Shown here: piece after piece, positions 13,204 to 23,545 of the stretch
Layout: the number at the start of each line of letters is the position of its first letter
How positions within the stretch are numbered: the first letter of the stretch is position 1
Source of the DNA: Phoronis australis
Lineage: Eukaryota; Animalia; Phoronida
Reading direction: 5' to 3'
Assembly: GCA_002633005.1 (NCBI GenBank)
Contig: NMRA01000047.1
Span: forward strand, 188,913 to 252,912
DNA length: 64,000 nucleotides
Notes under the pieces: generated by a model
The model's input: only the letters and a program-made list of their open reading frames with translations
The model's database searches: none
What the model was told of the DNA's origin: nothing
Position numbers and translations under genes: made by a program

Positions 13204-14206
13204 AAGCTCTCCAGGGGTGGCTTGAACCAGAGACCGTAGAGAGGGAGACGTTTCACCTAGCGAAATCCTATTGGACGGCCACTGGCGGCCATTGTTGTTC
13301 CATGGACCGTAGAGACGTCTAGCGGGTGTGTGTGGGAAAAAAGGAATATGGCTGATACTCGTGGTCAGCGGTCACAGAGACAAGATATTTTATCTGATCA
13401 TGTAGTTCATATAGATTTCCCATAGTTAATACCTCTGAGGGTAGTGCTGTGTCAAGTAACTACAAAACAAGATATGCAGGCTGCAGTCCCTAAAAAGAGG
13501 ATCAGAGGAGCTTTTTGCGCTGCAGAAAAACCAGGACTTGCACTCCCACTACAGGTGAGATATACGAGTGATACAAAGAATTCTTTTTGTGAAAATGCTG
13601 CCTGTCAACCATTGATGCTGGCAGAGTGATTTGAACTTGTCTTACCTTTAAGTTTCCGATGGTTTTATTTGATTACTCAAAGCAAAATTGTGGTAATCCG
13701 TTACATATGGCCGGGATGATGGGTACTAGTACTTGATTTAGAGCCAGTTACTGAGTTACTCCCAATGAATTACGCCCGTTACTATGATTCAGTAGTAGTA
13801 ACTGGTTCTCAAATGAATTTTGAGTGTGGGACCCACCTATCAAACTATAACCGAAATTGTCCTGCATGTGTTTCATTACTTAGGGCCTACTGATAACTTG
13901 TGTTTCTATTCTATGATTGGCTCTAAACTGTAATTTCTTTCACTTCTTCAATTCACTTCAGTGTTTATACATTCAGATCCAAGAGATAGGTGATAAACAG
14001 CAAGTGTGAGGACCTGCTAAGGAGAAATGCTGTGATGTTAACTTGTTCCAGTACAGTGCTGTAGAGGTAAAATTAGAGGTAAGTAGGTGCCTAAAGCCCA
14101 CCGTATCACATTGAGCACTGAACGTAACTTACGGTGCGTAGGCGCTACTTTCAAATGCCAAAAGGTGGTTGGCTGCACCTACGCCCCACTACAGCACTGG
14201 TCCAGT

Positions 14207-15154
14207 NNNNNNNNNNNNNNNNNNNNNNNNNNNNNNNNNNNNNNNNNNNNNNNNNNNNNNNNNNNNNNNNNNNNNNNNNNNNNNNNNNNNNNNNNNNNNN
14301 NNNNNNNNNNNNNNNNNNNNNNNNNNNNNNNNNNNNNNNNNNNNNNNNNNNNNNNNNNNNNNNNNNNNNNNNNNNNNNNNNNNNNNNNNNNNNNNNNNNN
14401 NNNNNNNNNNNNNNNNNNNNNNNNNNNNNNNNNNNNNNNNNNNNNNNNNNNNNNNNNNNNNNNNNNNNNNNNNNNNNNNNNNNNNNNNNNNNNNNNNNNN
14501 NNNNNNNNNNNNNNNNNNNNNNNNNNNNNNNNNNNNNNNNNNNNNNNNNNNNNNNNNNNNNNNNNNNNNNNNNNNNNNNNNNNNNNNNNNNNNNNNNNNN
14601 NNNNNNNNNNNNNNNNNNNNNNNNNNNNNNNNNNNNNNNNNNNNNNNNNNNNNNNNNNNNNNNNNNNNNNNNNNNNNNNNNNNNNNNNNNNNNNNNNNNN
14701 NNNNNNNNNNNNNNNNNNNNNNNNNNNNNNNNNNNNNNNNNNNNNNNNNNNNNNNNNNNNNNNNNNNNNNNNNNNNNNNNNNNNNNNNNNNNNNNNNNNN
14801 NNNNNNNNNNNNNNNNNNNNNNNNNNNNNNNNNNNNNNNNNNNNNNNNNNNNNNNNNNNNNNNNNNNNNNNNNNNNNNNNNNNNNNNNNNNNNNNNNNNN
14901 NNNNNNNNNNNNNNNNNNNNNNNNNNNNNNNNNNNNNNNNNNNNNNNNNNNNNNNNNNNNNNNNNNNNNNNNNNNNNNNNNNNNNNNNNNNNNNNNNNNN
15001 NNNNNNNNNNNNNNNNNNNNNNNNNNNNNNNNNNNNNNNNNNNNNNNNNNNNNNNNNNNNNNNNNNNNNNNNNNNNNNNNNNNNNNNNNNNNNNNNNNNN
15101 NNNNNNNNNNNNNNNNNNNNNNNNNNNNNNNNNNNNNNNNNNNNNNNNNNNNNN
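14207..15154. other. Assembly gap (948 N)
   Basis: Run of N. Confidence 1.
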
Positions 15155-15344
15155 CCCATACCCCTCTTGCCTCCAGTTTCATTCACCACAACCCACCCCA
15201 ATGCGCTACCCATTTCAGATACCATCGGGCACGGATGCTTGGGGTCCAGTGAATCAGTCCCAAGTAGCGACTCCACTGTTGCCTAAAACTACTACGTTTT
15301 TGGGAGTTTTCTACGTTGAATTCTCATTGATTGAAAATAAGTAG

Positions 15345-15758
15345 GGTGGGATCTTTTCATGCAATGCACCTAATTTAAGGACTAAGTCCCTAAATGTTTT
15401 GACTGAATTAAGAGCTCAGATTTTAGTTATATTATTATAAAACAACATAAGTCAAAAGAGGAGTTCATAATAAAGATAAAATGATAGAAAAATATAAAAA
15501 CTGTGAGTAAAGAACAAAAAAATGCCTAAAAGATTTACCAACTCAGTTGAGTACAGGCAGATCCAAGGTGGCAGGTTAAAGGGGTCTGGACCCCCCATTT
15601 TCCTTGATTGTAGTGATATCAATGCTAGAATTTTCAAATTGTTGACTTGGGCCACCTTTCTTAAAAAATCATTATCCGACCCCCCTCCCCCTTTAAAAAA
15701 TCCTGGATATGACCCTGTTGGGTCGATATTTGGGACAGTTTTATGTAAATGGGCACAG
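15345..15758. mobile_element. Diverged partial copy of the 20899-21323 MITE, interrupted by a CAGG...CCTG TIR MITE (~15553-15717)
   Basis: gggatcttttcatgcaatgcacctaatttaaggactaagtccct... matches 21086-21130, and the 3' end atttgggacagttttatgtaaa matches 21296-21317. The insert has TIR caggcagatccaagg / cctggatatgaccctg. Confidence 0.55.
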
Positions 15759-18153
15759 ACACAACTGCTTGAATCTAGAACGTCTTTAAGATGTGAATTT
15801 TCGAAAGAAAGATCTACTAATTTCTCCATTTCATTTTAAAACAAAGTTTGTGTGCTAAAAGCTTACATAATTAATTGTTAATTAATTGATATTAACACCT
15901 GGAATATTGGGGGAAGAAAGCTATCTCTGCCCCCAACCTTTCAATTGGTTGAGGGGCAGCCCCCACTCCTATCTCTTCTTCAGCAGATCCATTTGATGTT
16001 TATTACATTCCTGACCCCCCTGGACAAAATCCTACAGGTTCGGTACCTGCACATTCTCCAATAACCTACTTTCATCAGCTCAGCTCTTATTACTGAGTCT
16101 CCCTCTTGCTTATTATTTATTTCTCGTAATTTATATTACCTTTGCTGCCCAAATTTTTTCTTGGTTTACTCTATATTTTGCTTATGTGTATTTTTCCATT
16201 ACAGTGCTCGTGTTTTTTGTTTTCAATATTTTAAACAAAGACACTTCACTGACAATTTTGAATTTGGCAAACTACGATCGGCTATAGTGAATGCCTTGCG
16301 TACTTCGTTGGCCCACACACACCCGCTAGGTGTCGCCACGGTCCATGACACAATAATGGCGGCGGCCTTGGTGAATAGTCTTGTTAGCGTCTTTGCTTGA
16401 ACAATGTATCAAAATGTCCGAGGGTCGATCAAGGCCAAAGCAATAAAATACAGAAAGATAACTGATGCTGGGTTCTTAGCATTTTGCGTAAAGAACCCCA
16501 TTAACAACGTCTGTGCACATCGAAGTCATGGGTGCAAAAGACATAACAATTTATTTCAATTGAAACTGAATTAATAAACAATGCAATGCGTTTTATGTCA
16601 TCTAGAGTAACTGTAAGCACAATAGTTGACTTGCGTGATCATACTTCGTGCATTTCCGTCGGTGACCGTTTCAAAATTCTGCTTACGGAGACAAACAAGG
16701 GTTAAGATTGGCAAAACACGTATATTTGTGAAGGCTGATATATGTCCATGACATCACATGAGCAGTTGCTAACGGACATAGTGTAGCATGGCAATCACTG
16801 CTTTTTTTGCTTATATTCACGACTTCAGGTCACTGGAGTACCATTAGTATGCATAATCACTTCAATTCCAAAAACCATAATCTAAAAGACCTTTCTGTAC
16901 AAATAAAATGAAAACTCCAATACTCCAATAACCCACACAAACTCAAAAGAAAACAATTGTGGCCGAATAGATAAGGTTAACACACTTGAACCCAATGGAA
17001 TGAACATAAAGACTTGTTAAATTACATCTTCCTTTACTTATTTCCGCTACAATCTGACATGTTCGTTATGACACATATCAGATGTCATTTGTCATATGGT
17101 GCTTGTCAGAAATTGACTGTGGATTTGTTTAAAAGGTAGTTATGCTTTGAGATTGTGCCTAGAGAGAGAGAATGATTAAATCCAGTAACTAATTTATTAT
17201 ATGATAACCACTAGTTAGACAAATGAAACCTGTTGTTAATTAAGTAATCAACTACAAAGAAGAATAAGTACGCTAGCGCCCTCTTTAAAGATTACTTCAA
17301 TCAATCAACCAAAATAATCAAATGTCTTATTAGCCAGCCACCTAGCTGTATCGAGACTGTCGTCAAAATACAGCTAGGTACCACTGTGTGTATTTCTTCC
17401 GTAGACCCCGAAATTACACACGGCCAGGGTAGTTCTGCTCGTCACCTCGCCGTGAAACTTGTATCAACATGTACGGGGTGCATGCAAAATCTGGGAATCA
17501 ACCGACACTTACCTTGCCCGTTACAGCCGTTTAAGTGAAAAACAATGCTAATGTCATTTTCTTGCGTAACTTTCCTCCTTTTCTAACAATGAAAAGTATG
17601 TCGTCGTTTTGAAAACAGTACGCTCGTGTCATTAGTACGCGCCATTTCCTAAATTTTTGCGACAACTTCACAGCAGCAAAATTTGTTCTGAAATTCGGTT
17701 CTTCGGTATTGAAATTCTAAAAACTTATAATGAAGTGAAACCAGTTCCAATAATTTGTTGTGACGTGAACGCAACCTCGATTGAAGAATCGGCGAAAAAA
17801 GAAACTGGCCAATGGGTGACGCAATATTTCATGACGCCAAAGCCGACGCAGAAGATCGCTCCACTAAGTTAGCAGCAGAATAACGGTAGAACGCCACAAT
17901 TTTTTCCAAAACCGTTAAATAATTTAGTTTACTCAAGGAAGACAGTCGTTTTTAATGACATTAATTTTGTGTCAGATTTTATCTTACCACTTTTTTACCC
18001 CCATCGGTGCAAAGCTGTATATTTAGTATGTACAGCTTTGTACCAAGGCTAATGTCTTATCTGCTATCCAAGCTGTCGAGGACTCTCCAGTTGTTGAATG
18101 ACAGTCCTGTTGGTGAATCTTCGAACTACACACACTGTATTTCGACAGTTTAC

Positions 18154-18276
18154 TTGCTGGTCACAGTCTCTGGTGGCGCAACACTTGCAGGCAGTTTCTT
18201 CTACCCGACGATTCTTCTTGCTGGTCACAGTCTCTGGTGAAGCAACACTTCAGGCAGTATCTTACTGCCCACGATG
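18154..18276. repeat. Two-copy tandem repeat (~64 bp)
   Basis: ttgctggtcacagtctctggtg..caacactt..aggcagt occurs twice in tandem. Confidence 0.7.
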
Positions 18277-18756
18277 CAAGTGACAAGCTCTTAAATAATT
18301 TCCTGGTAATAACCCTTGCCCTTGCCAAGATCCTCTCTAGAATCTTCCACGAGATGGCTCTGTTGTACAGTTTCCTCTGTACACTGTAGCAAGTCTTTAT
18401 GCTTCAACTACTATAGCTCAACTGAATATCTTCTTGATTTCAGCCCATTTTATTATATTATACTTATTTAGCGATTGGCTAATAAAAAATACATGATCTT
18501 ATCTAATTGTATCATTGGCTGTTACAATTTGCTCTCAGAAATTTCTTGAATCTCTAGAGTGCTTTGACCCCAGAACCAAAAGTAAACACCATCTTAAAAT
18601 AGATTTTGACGTTAAAATACATGTCAACAATTTTGACCCCATGATTTAAAAGTACATATGCACAATTTTGGGCAACTTAAAATGGATCTATTCTTACTAA
18701 TTACTTAATCAATGATTATTCTGATAGTGCTTAACTTTACTTTATTTCTGTTTTTG

Positions 18757-18791
18757 TTGACAAAGGATGTGATTATATCCGAAACTTTCAG
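18757..18791 (+). ncRNA. Degenerate hammerhead-like motif of Penelope pLTR type
   Basis: TTGACAAA - stem GGATGT/gatt/ATATCC - GAAA. The core box deviates from CUGANGA. It lies just before a (TA)n(TG)n tract and a Penelope fragment. Confidence 0.35.
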
Positions 18792-18815
18792 TTGTTCCAT
18801 TATTGTTGTTTTACT

Positions 18816-18866
<51 letters not shown>
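18816..18866. repeat. Compound microsatellite (TA)n(TG)n
   Basis: Seen directly. Confidence 0.95.
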
Positions 18867-18870
<4 letters not shown>

Positions 18871-19224
18871 GAAGACACGACTTTGATCTGTTTTTACTGG
18901 TTTAATTTCATTAGTGAAGTCCAACATGTAAAACAACTTCTAATAAGTAATGGTTACACAAATTCATTTGTGGATAAGCATATTAATCGGTTTGTCTCAA
19001 AAGTTGAACAACATCATCATGTACAAACATTTACTGTTAATGTTAAAAAACTGTTCTACCAAAGCTGCATATCCAAAACTTATGTACAAGATGAACAAGT
19101 CCTAAAGAACATAATATAAAACAATGTAAAAGTTGTTAGTCCTAATGACAAACTAGATGTAATTATTTATTACAAGAATATGAAGACCTCTAATTTAGTG
19201 ATGAGAAACAAACATACTAAAGGA

Positions 19225-20538
19225 CCTCTCAGACAGCTCTCAAATATATTTATCAAGAAACAACAACCAATTTACGGAATGGCAACTCTGCAGCCTGTCT
19301 AAGCCAGTGATTGAAACACAAAGATCAAGAAGTGAAACTATTCACAATCATGACTCAACAGAGAACCCTATAGAATCAGCTACTTCGTCATCCCGATATT
19401 AAGGAAGAAAAACGAAAAACCAACAAAGGATAAAAGATTTGGTCTTCGCAATGTTGGAAACACGTGTTTTGTGAACTCTACACTCCAAGCTATCTTTTCA
19501 TGTAACCTCAACTGGCACAAATACAATATCAACAAGAAAACCAAAATGAAAACCATCCTTGTGAACACATATGAAGCAACCAAAAGGTATACATCAACTC
19601 CGTCTGAAATTTTGAATAAACTAAGATTATAGAACAACTCTCTTGGCAACGGAAGTCAACAGGATGCCCATGAGTTTTTACTATGGTTACTGAACCAATG
19701 GCAAGAAGACACACTCGCTCACAACGCTGATAGTGTGTCGTCTGAGGTTACCAATACCTTCGAACACGTAAAAAAGAAAATTAGGAGTTGCAATAACTGC
19801 TCAATAACAAAGGTAAAAACACAAACTGGGAGTTGACTGTCTACCCCCCAACACTGAGGAGAGAAATATCTATGCAGGAGTTGTGGCAAAGCTTGTGGAC
19901 GTCGTTGGACATCGAAGACTTTAGAGTTGCCCACACTGTAATTGTCTCAGTGGCCAGCTCACTTAGTCATTATTTAAACCGCCAAAATACCTTTGTATTC
20001 ACGTCTTACGAACCGCCATTAATGGTCAAAAAATCAACACACAGATTTCCTCGTATGACCTCTTTGGCTATAAAATAATAGCAGTCATTGAACACCATGG
20101 AAGAAACACGACAGGTGGTCATTACACATGCTGTGTTAAATCGTCATCATGGGAATGGATAAATTTTGACGACTCTACAGTCACAAGTACATTCAAGCCT
20201 ACCCTGGATGCCTACATTGCAATAATTATACGAATTATCTTCTGAACTCCATAAAAGGAAATCAACGTAAAAATAAAGCGCACTTTCAACATAGACGTCA
20301 CAAATCACATCTGACGAAAACAAGTCAAGGTATTTTTGAAATTCATCCTGGTAAGGGAATTGGGGATAGGCCTATAAAAGATCCTAAACCCAGCCGCAGA
20401 GTGTGGAAAGCCGCGCACCGTACCAGTGACTGCTGGAAACTCATCGGAGACACAACTTTAACATCATTCGTCGGAGAGATAACTCTTGGGCTGGCTCCGG
20501 TAAGTCCATTCATTCTTGAATGATGTTTAGGTAAATTA
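19225..20538 (+). mobile_element. HERO-like RLE non-LTR retrotransposon, 5'-truncated copy 1 (post-RLE tail, USP domain, 3'UTR), inserted in Penelope copy A
   Basis: 19225-19401 matches 23082-23270 and 20270-20538 matches 23271-23545 of copy 2. Both copies end at ...tgaatgatgtttaggtaaatt. Penelope sequence resumes contiguously on either side (gagaaacaa | attagtcgtgagaagg). Confidence 0.88.
19435..20245 (+). pseudogene. Intronless ubiquitin-specific protease (peptidase C19/USP) domain carried inside the retrotransposon, disrupted
   Basis: Cys box GLRNVGNTCFVNSTLQAI (catalytic TGT 19465-19467); QQDAHEFLLWLL (19657 onward); fingers CNNC; His box YKIIAVIEHHGRNTTGGHYTCCVK (CAT 20120-20122); WINFDDSTV (20168-20173); DAYIA. 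There is an in-frame TAG at 19630 and frameshifts in 19830-20070. The catalytic boxes are absent from the ORF track. Confidence 0.92.
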
Positions 20539-20898
20539 GTCGTGAGAAGGTCGGCACTGTTGTTAGGTGTAATGTTGTTTATGAGTTTACTTTTCCCGCG
20601 GTCGAATATTTTCGTCCTCATCAGAAACAAAATTACATTGGACACACAGTGTGTTCCTTGTCACGACGACTTTCAATGTATTTACAAAACGGCTCCATAA
20701 AAGACCATTTTCAAAACCTTTATGGTCGCCAGATAACTCGTCCGGAGATTGTCGACAATACAGTCATTAGATACATTGAAAATGATGTACACAGGTTACG
20801 AACATTAGAGTGACCGCTTCTAATAATATCTGAAAACCCCAGTTTGAATGAACAGCTAACTGGAACTCGAAGGACTCTATCATTATTTAGGTGATCTG

Positions 20899-21323
20899 TG
20901 CTCGGTTGCGTGAAACAGTACCAAATAGGGATTCAACCAAGCTCCCTAAATTTACTGCGTATTTGTGAAAAAACCGATTGTCCTTCCTTATGATGTTTTA
21001 GTTTCATAACTAAGTCACCTTTTGGGTTTGATACAAATCGAGAGTGAACTCGACGTTGAATTCTCAATATTATCGAAAGTAAATAGGGATCATTTCATGC
21101 AACGCCCCTAATTTAGGGACCAAGTCCCTATTCATTTTCATTGAATTCAGGGCTCAGTTCTTTGTTATATTGTTAAAAATATCAATTAGTTAAACAGGAA
21201 CTCATAATAAAGTTGAATTGCCATAAAAAGTTTACATCTGTCAATGAGGAAAGACACAAATAGGCAAAAGATTTAGGGAACTTAGTTGAGTCCCTATTTG
21301 GGACTGTTTCGTGCAACCCGACA
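20899..21323. mobile_element. 425-bp MITE with ~52-bp imperfect TIRs and 3-bp TSD CTG (PIF/Harbinger-like)
   Basis: TIRs tgctcggttgcgtgaaacagtaccaaataggga..ccctaaat / atttaggg..tccctatttgggactgtttcgtgcaacccgaca. The empty site in Penelope copy B reads gtgatCTGtaga; the filled site has CTG on both sides. Confidence 0.85.
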
Positions 21324-21450
21324 CTGTAGACAGCAACGTATGTATATTTACATATTTGTGTTTTATCGTCATGGTTGTGAATGCCAACTTCACGTGTTAT
21401 ATTGCATTTGTCATTTCTGAAGTGCGTTTCACTGTGAACTAGTTGTAAAT

Positions 21451-21490
21451 AGTAACCTGAAGATGAGATATGTGTCTCGAAATATCGTTT
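21451..21490 (+). ncRNA. Minimal hammerhead ribozyme in the Penelope 3' pLTR
   Basis: aac-CTGAAGA-tGAGAtatgtgTCTC-GAAA-taTC-gtt: CUGANGA and GAAA cores, stem II, a tiny palindromic stem III and a 3-bp stem I. This is the known minimal HHR form of PLEs. Confidence 0.7.
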
Positions 21491-21648
21491 TTTAAATTCT
21501 GTTACCTACTGATATCGTTTGGATTTTTATTGCACTGGTGTGATGTAAAAACAAGATCTCTATTTAGAGAGTTGGAAAGAACTGAAATTAAACTAGTAAA
21601 AACATATCAAAGTCGGGTTTTCAATGAAATGAAATAAATATAAATGAA

Positions 21649-21673
21649 ATATATATATATATATATATATATA
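21649..21673. repeat. (TA)n microsatellite at the junction of the Penelope tail and HERO copy 2
   Basis: Seen directly. Confidence 0.9.
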
Positions 21674-23545
21674 AATCTGAAACACACGGAAAAAATATGG
21701 AATAAACTTGAGACAAAATTAAAAACAATGCTGGAAATTCTCGACAAAGACAGCACTAACGGTCCAACTAAAGCATGGATCTACAACAATGGTGTGGTTC
21801 CAAGGATTACGTGGGAATTCACAGTGTATGACTTCCCAGTGAGTTTCTCTAAAAAAACTTGAACATATATGCACAAAATATCTGAAACAATGGCTTGGAA
21901 TCAGTAAAATGTTAAGTAACACAGTTCTCTACAGATCTAAAGAGCATCTTGGTTTAGGCATGACTAGCCTAACAACCCATCTAAAGAAGATGCAAGTGGT
22001 CAAGTTTCACATCAACAAATACGCGAACGACCCTGAAACAAGGAAACTTTATATGGGTAAAGTTAAACAATTTTTCACGTCAAAACGGTGGAATGACATA
22101 AAAGAACTCGAAGAGAGAGAAAGGGATATAGTTCTGAATGAAATTTGTAATTCGAGAAGTCATAATGACAGGACTGGTTTGGGCTATAACACCAATAATA
22201 GAAAATTCATCAAGAACATGACAACTAAAGAACATAGAGCATCTATGACGGAACGTATACAGGAAGTCGACGAAAGTAAAGCACTCTTATATCTGTATAG
22301 CTGCGCCAAACAAGGGTTATGGCTCAGATGGGATGCAGTTATGTCACTTGATGTATCTTGGAGCAAGAGTCTCTATGCATGGAATCCGTCTCTCTTGGCA
22401 TTTAGGTTAAATGCCATACACGATATACTTCCAACATCACCAAATTTACATTTATGGAAACAATCGCCTTCTGAACGTTGCAACCTCTGCAGAACAGCTA
22501 AACGCACACTTCACCACATCCTCAGCAATTGCACAGTAGCATTAAATAATGGTCGCTACACTTGGCGACATGACCAAGTACTAGCAATAATATTTGATGC
22601 TATCAATGAAGTAGTTCAAAACCCTCCGAAGCCTGTAACTGAAACAGCAATCAGATTTATGTCAAAGAACGGTTTGAACTTCGGCAATAACAGAACAGAG
22701 CCGAAATTCAGTGAACAGGGCCACTTCCTGGCCAAGCCCAATGATTGGAAACTAATTAAAGATTGTACAGAAACGCCTCTTATATTCCCATCTGAAATAA
22801 CAGATTCTGCATTAAGACCTGACATTGTGCTATGGTCAATTCAGGAAAAAGAGCAGTTTTAATAGAACTTACAATACCAGCAGAAGACAATATGGAATCA
22901 GCACACCTGAGAAAAAGAATGAAATACACAAATCTCGTCGGTGAATGTGAAAATGCAGGATGGCAAACAGTCCTGTTCCCTGTTGAAGTCGGCAGTAGAG
23001 GCTTCATCTATAAATCATTAAAGAAGCTAAGGAATTTCCTCGAGGTCCCCAAAGAAATCAAAAAACAAACATACCAAACTGCCTCTCAGACAGCTCTCAG
23101 ATGTAGCTATACGATATATTTATCAAGAAACAACATCCAAGTTACAGAATGGCAACACTGCAACCTTTCTGAGCCTGTGATTGGAACGCAAAGAAGAGGT
23201 GAAACTATTCACAATCATGACTCAACAGAGAACCCTATATAAACAGCTACTTCGTCATCCCCGATATTAAAAAATATGGCGCACTTTCAACATAGACGTC
23301 GCAAATCACATCTGACGCAATTAAGTCAAGATATTTTTGAAATTCCTCGTGGTACGGGAATTGGGGATAGTTAGACCTATAAAATATCTTAAACCCAGCC
23401 GCAGAGCGTCTAAAGCCGCGCCCCGTACCAGTGACTGCTGGCAACTCATCGGAGACGCAACTTTAACATCCTTCGCCGCAGAGATAATAACTCTTGGCTG
23501 TCTCCGGTGAGTCCAATTATTCTTGAATGATGTTTAGGTAAATTT
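21674..23545 (+). mobile_element. HERO-like RLE non-LTR retrotransposon, 5'-truncated copy 2 (RT thumb, CCHC knuckle, PD-(D/E)xK endonuclease, 3'UTR; lacks the USP)
   Basis: ORFs 21644-21862, 21909-22862 and 22832-23242 are joined by frameshifts. Motifs: KAWIYNNGVVPRITW, QGLWLRW, LPTSPNLHLW, CNLC..TLHHILSNC, GRYTWRHDQVL, LRPDIVLWS, LIELTIPAE, RKRMKY, PVEVGSRG. This set is characteristic of HERO-clade elements. Confidence 0.92.

Larger units (their letters stand above)
13230..16366. mobile_element. Putative TIR DNA transposon remnant spanning the assembly gap
   Basis: 13287-13336 (ggccattgttgttccatggaccgtagagacgtctagcgggtgtgtgtggg) is the reverse complement of 16312-16362 (cccacacacacccgctaggtgtcgccacggtccatgacacaataatggc). 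No transposase is visible and the boundaries are approximate. Confidence 0.45.
18905..21560 (+). mobile_element. Penelope-like retroelement, 5'-truncated copy A, split by two insertions (segments ~18905-19209, ~20535-20898, ~21324-21560)
   Basis: The segments are reverse-complement homologs of 23546-24306. They encode the thumb/linker (QHVKQLLISNGYTNSFVDKHI) and a decayed GIY-YIG C-terminus (...PSLNEQLTGTRRTLSLFR), followed by the 3' tail with a hammerhead motif. Confidence 0.88.

Noticed and set aside
14087-15344. Five long ORFs of 343-399 aa
   Set aside because: Artefacts of translating through the 948-N gap.
19435-20245. USP as a functional host gene
   Set aside because: It has an in-frame stop and frameshifts, no introns and no evident own promoter or start, and it is embedded between retrotransposon coding tail and 3'UTR.
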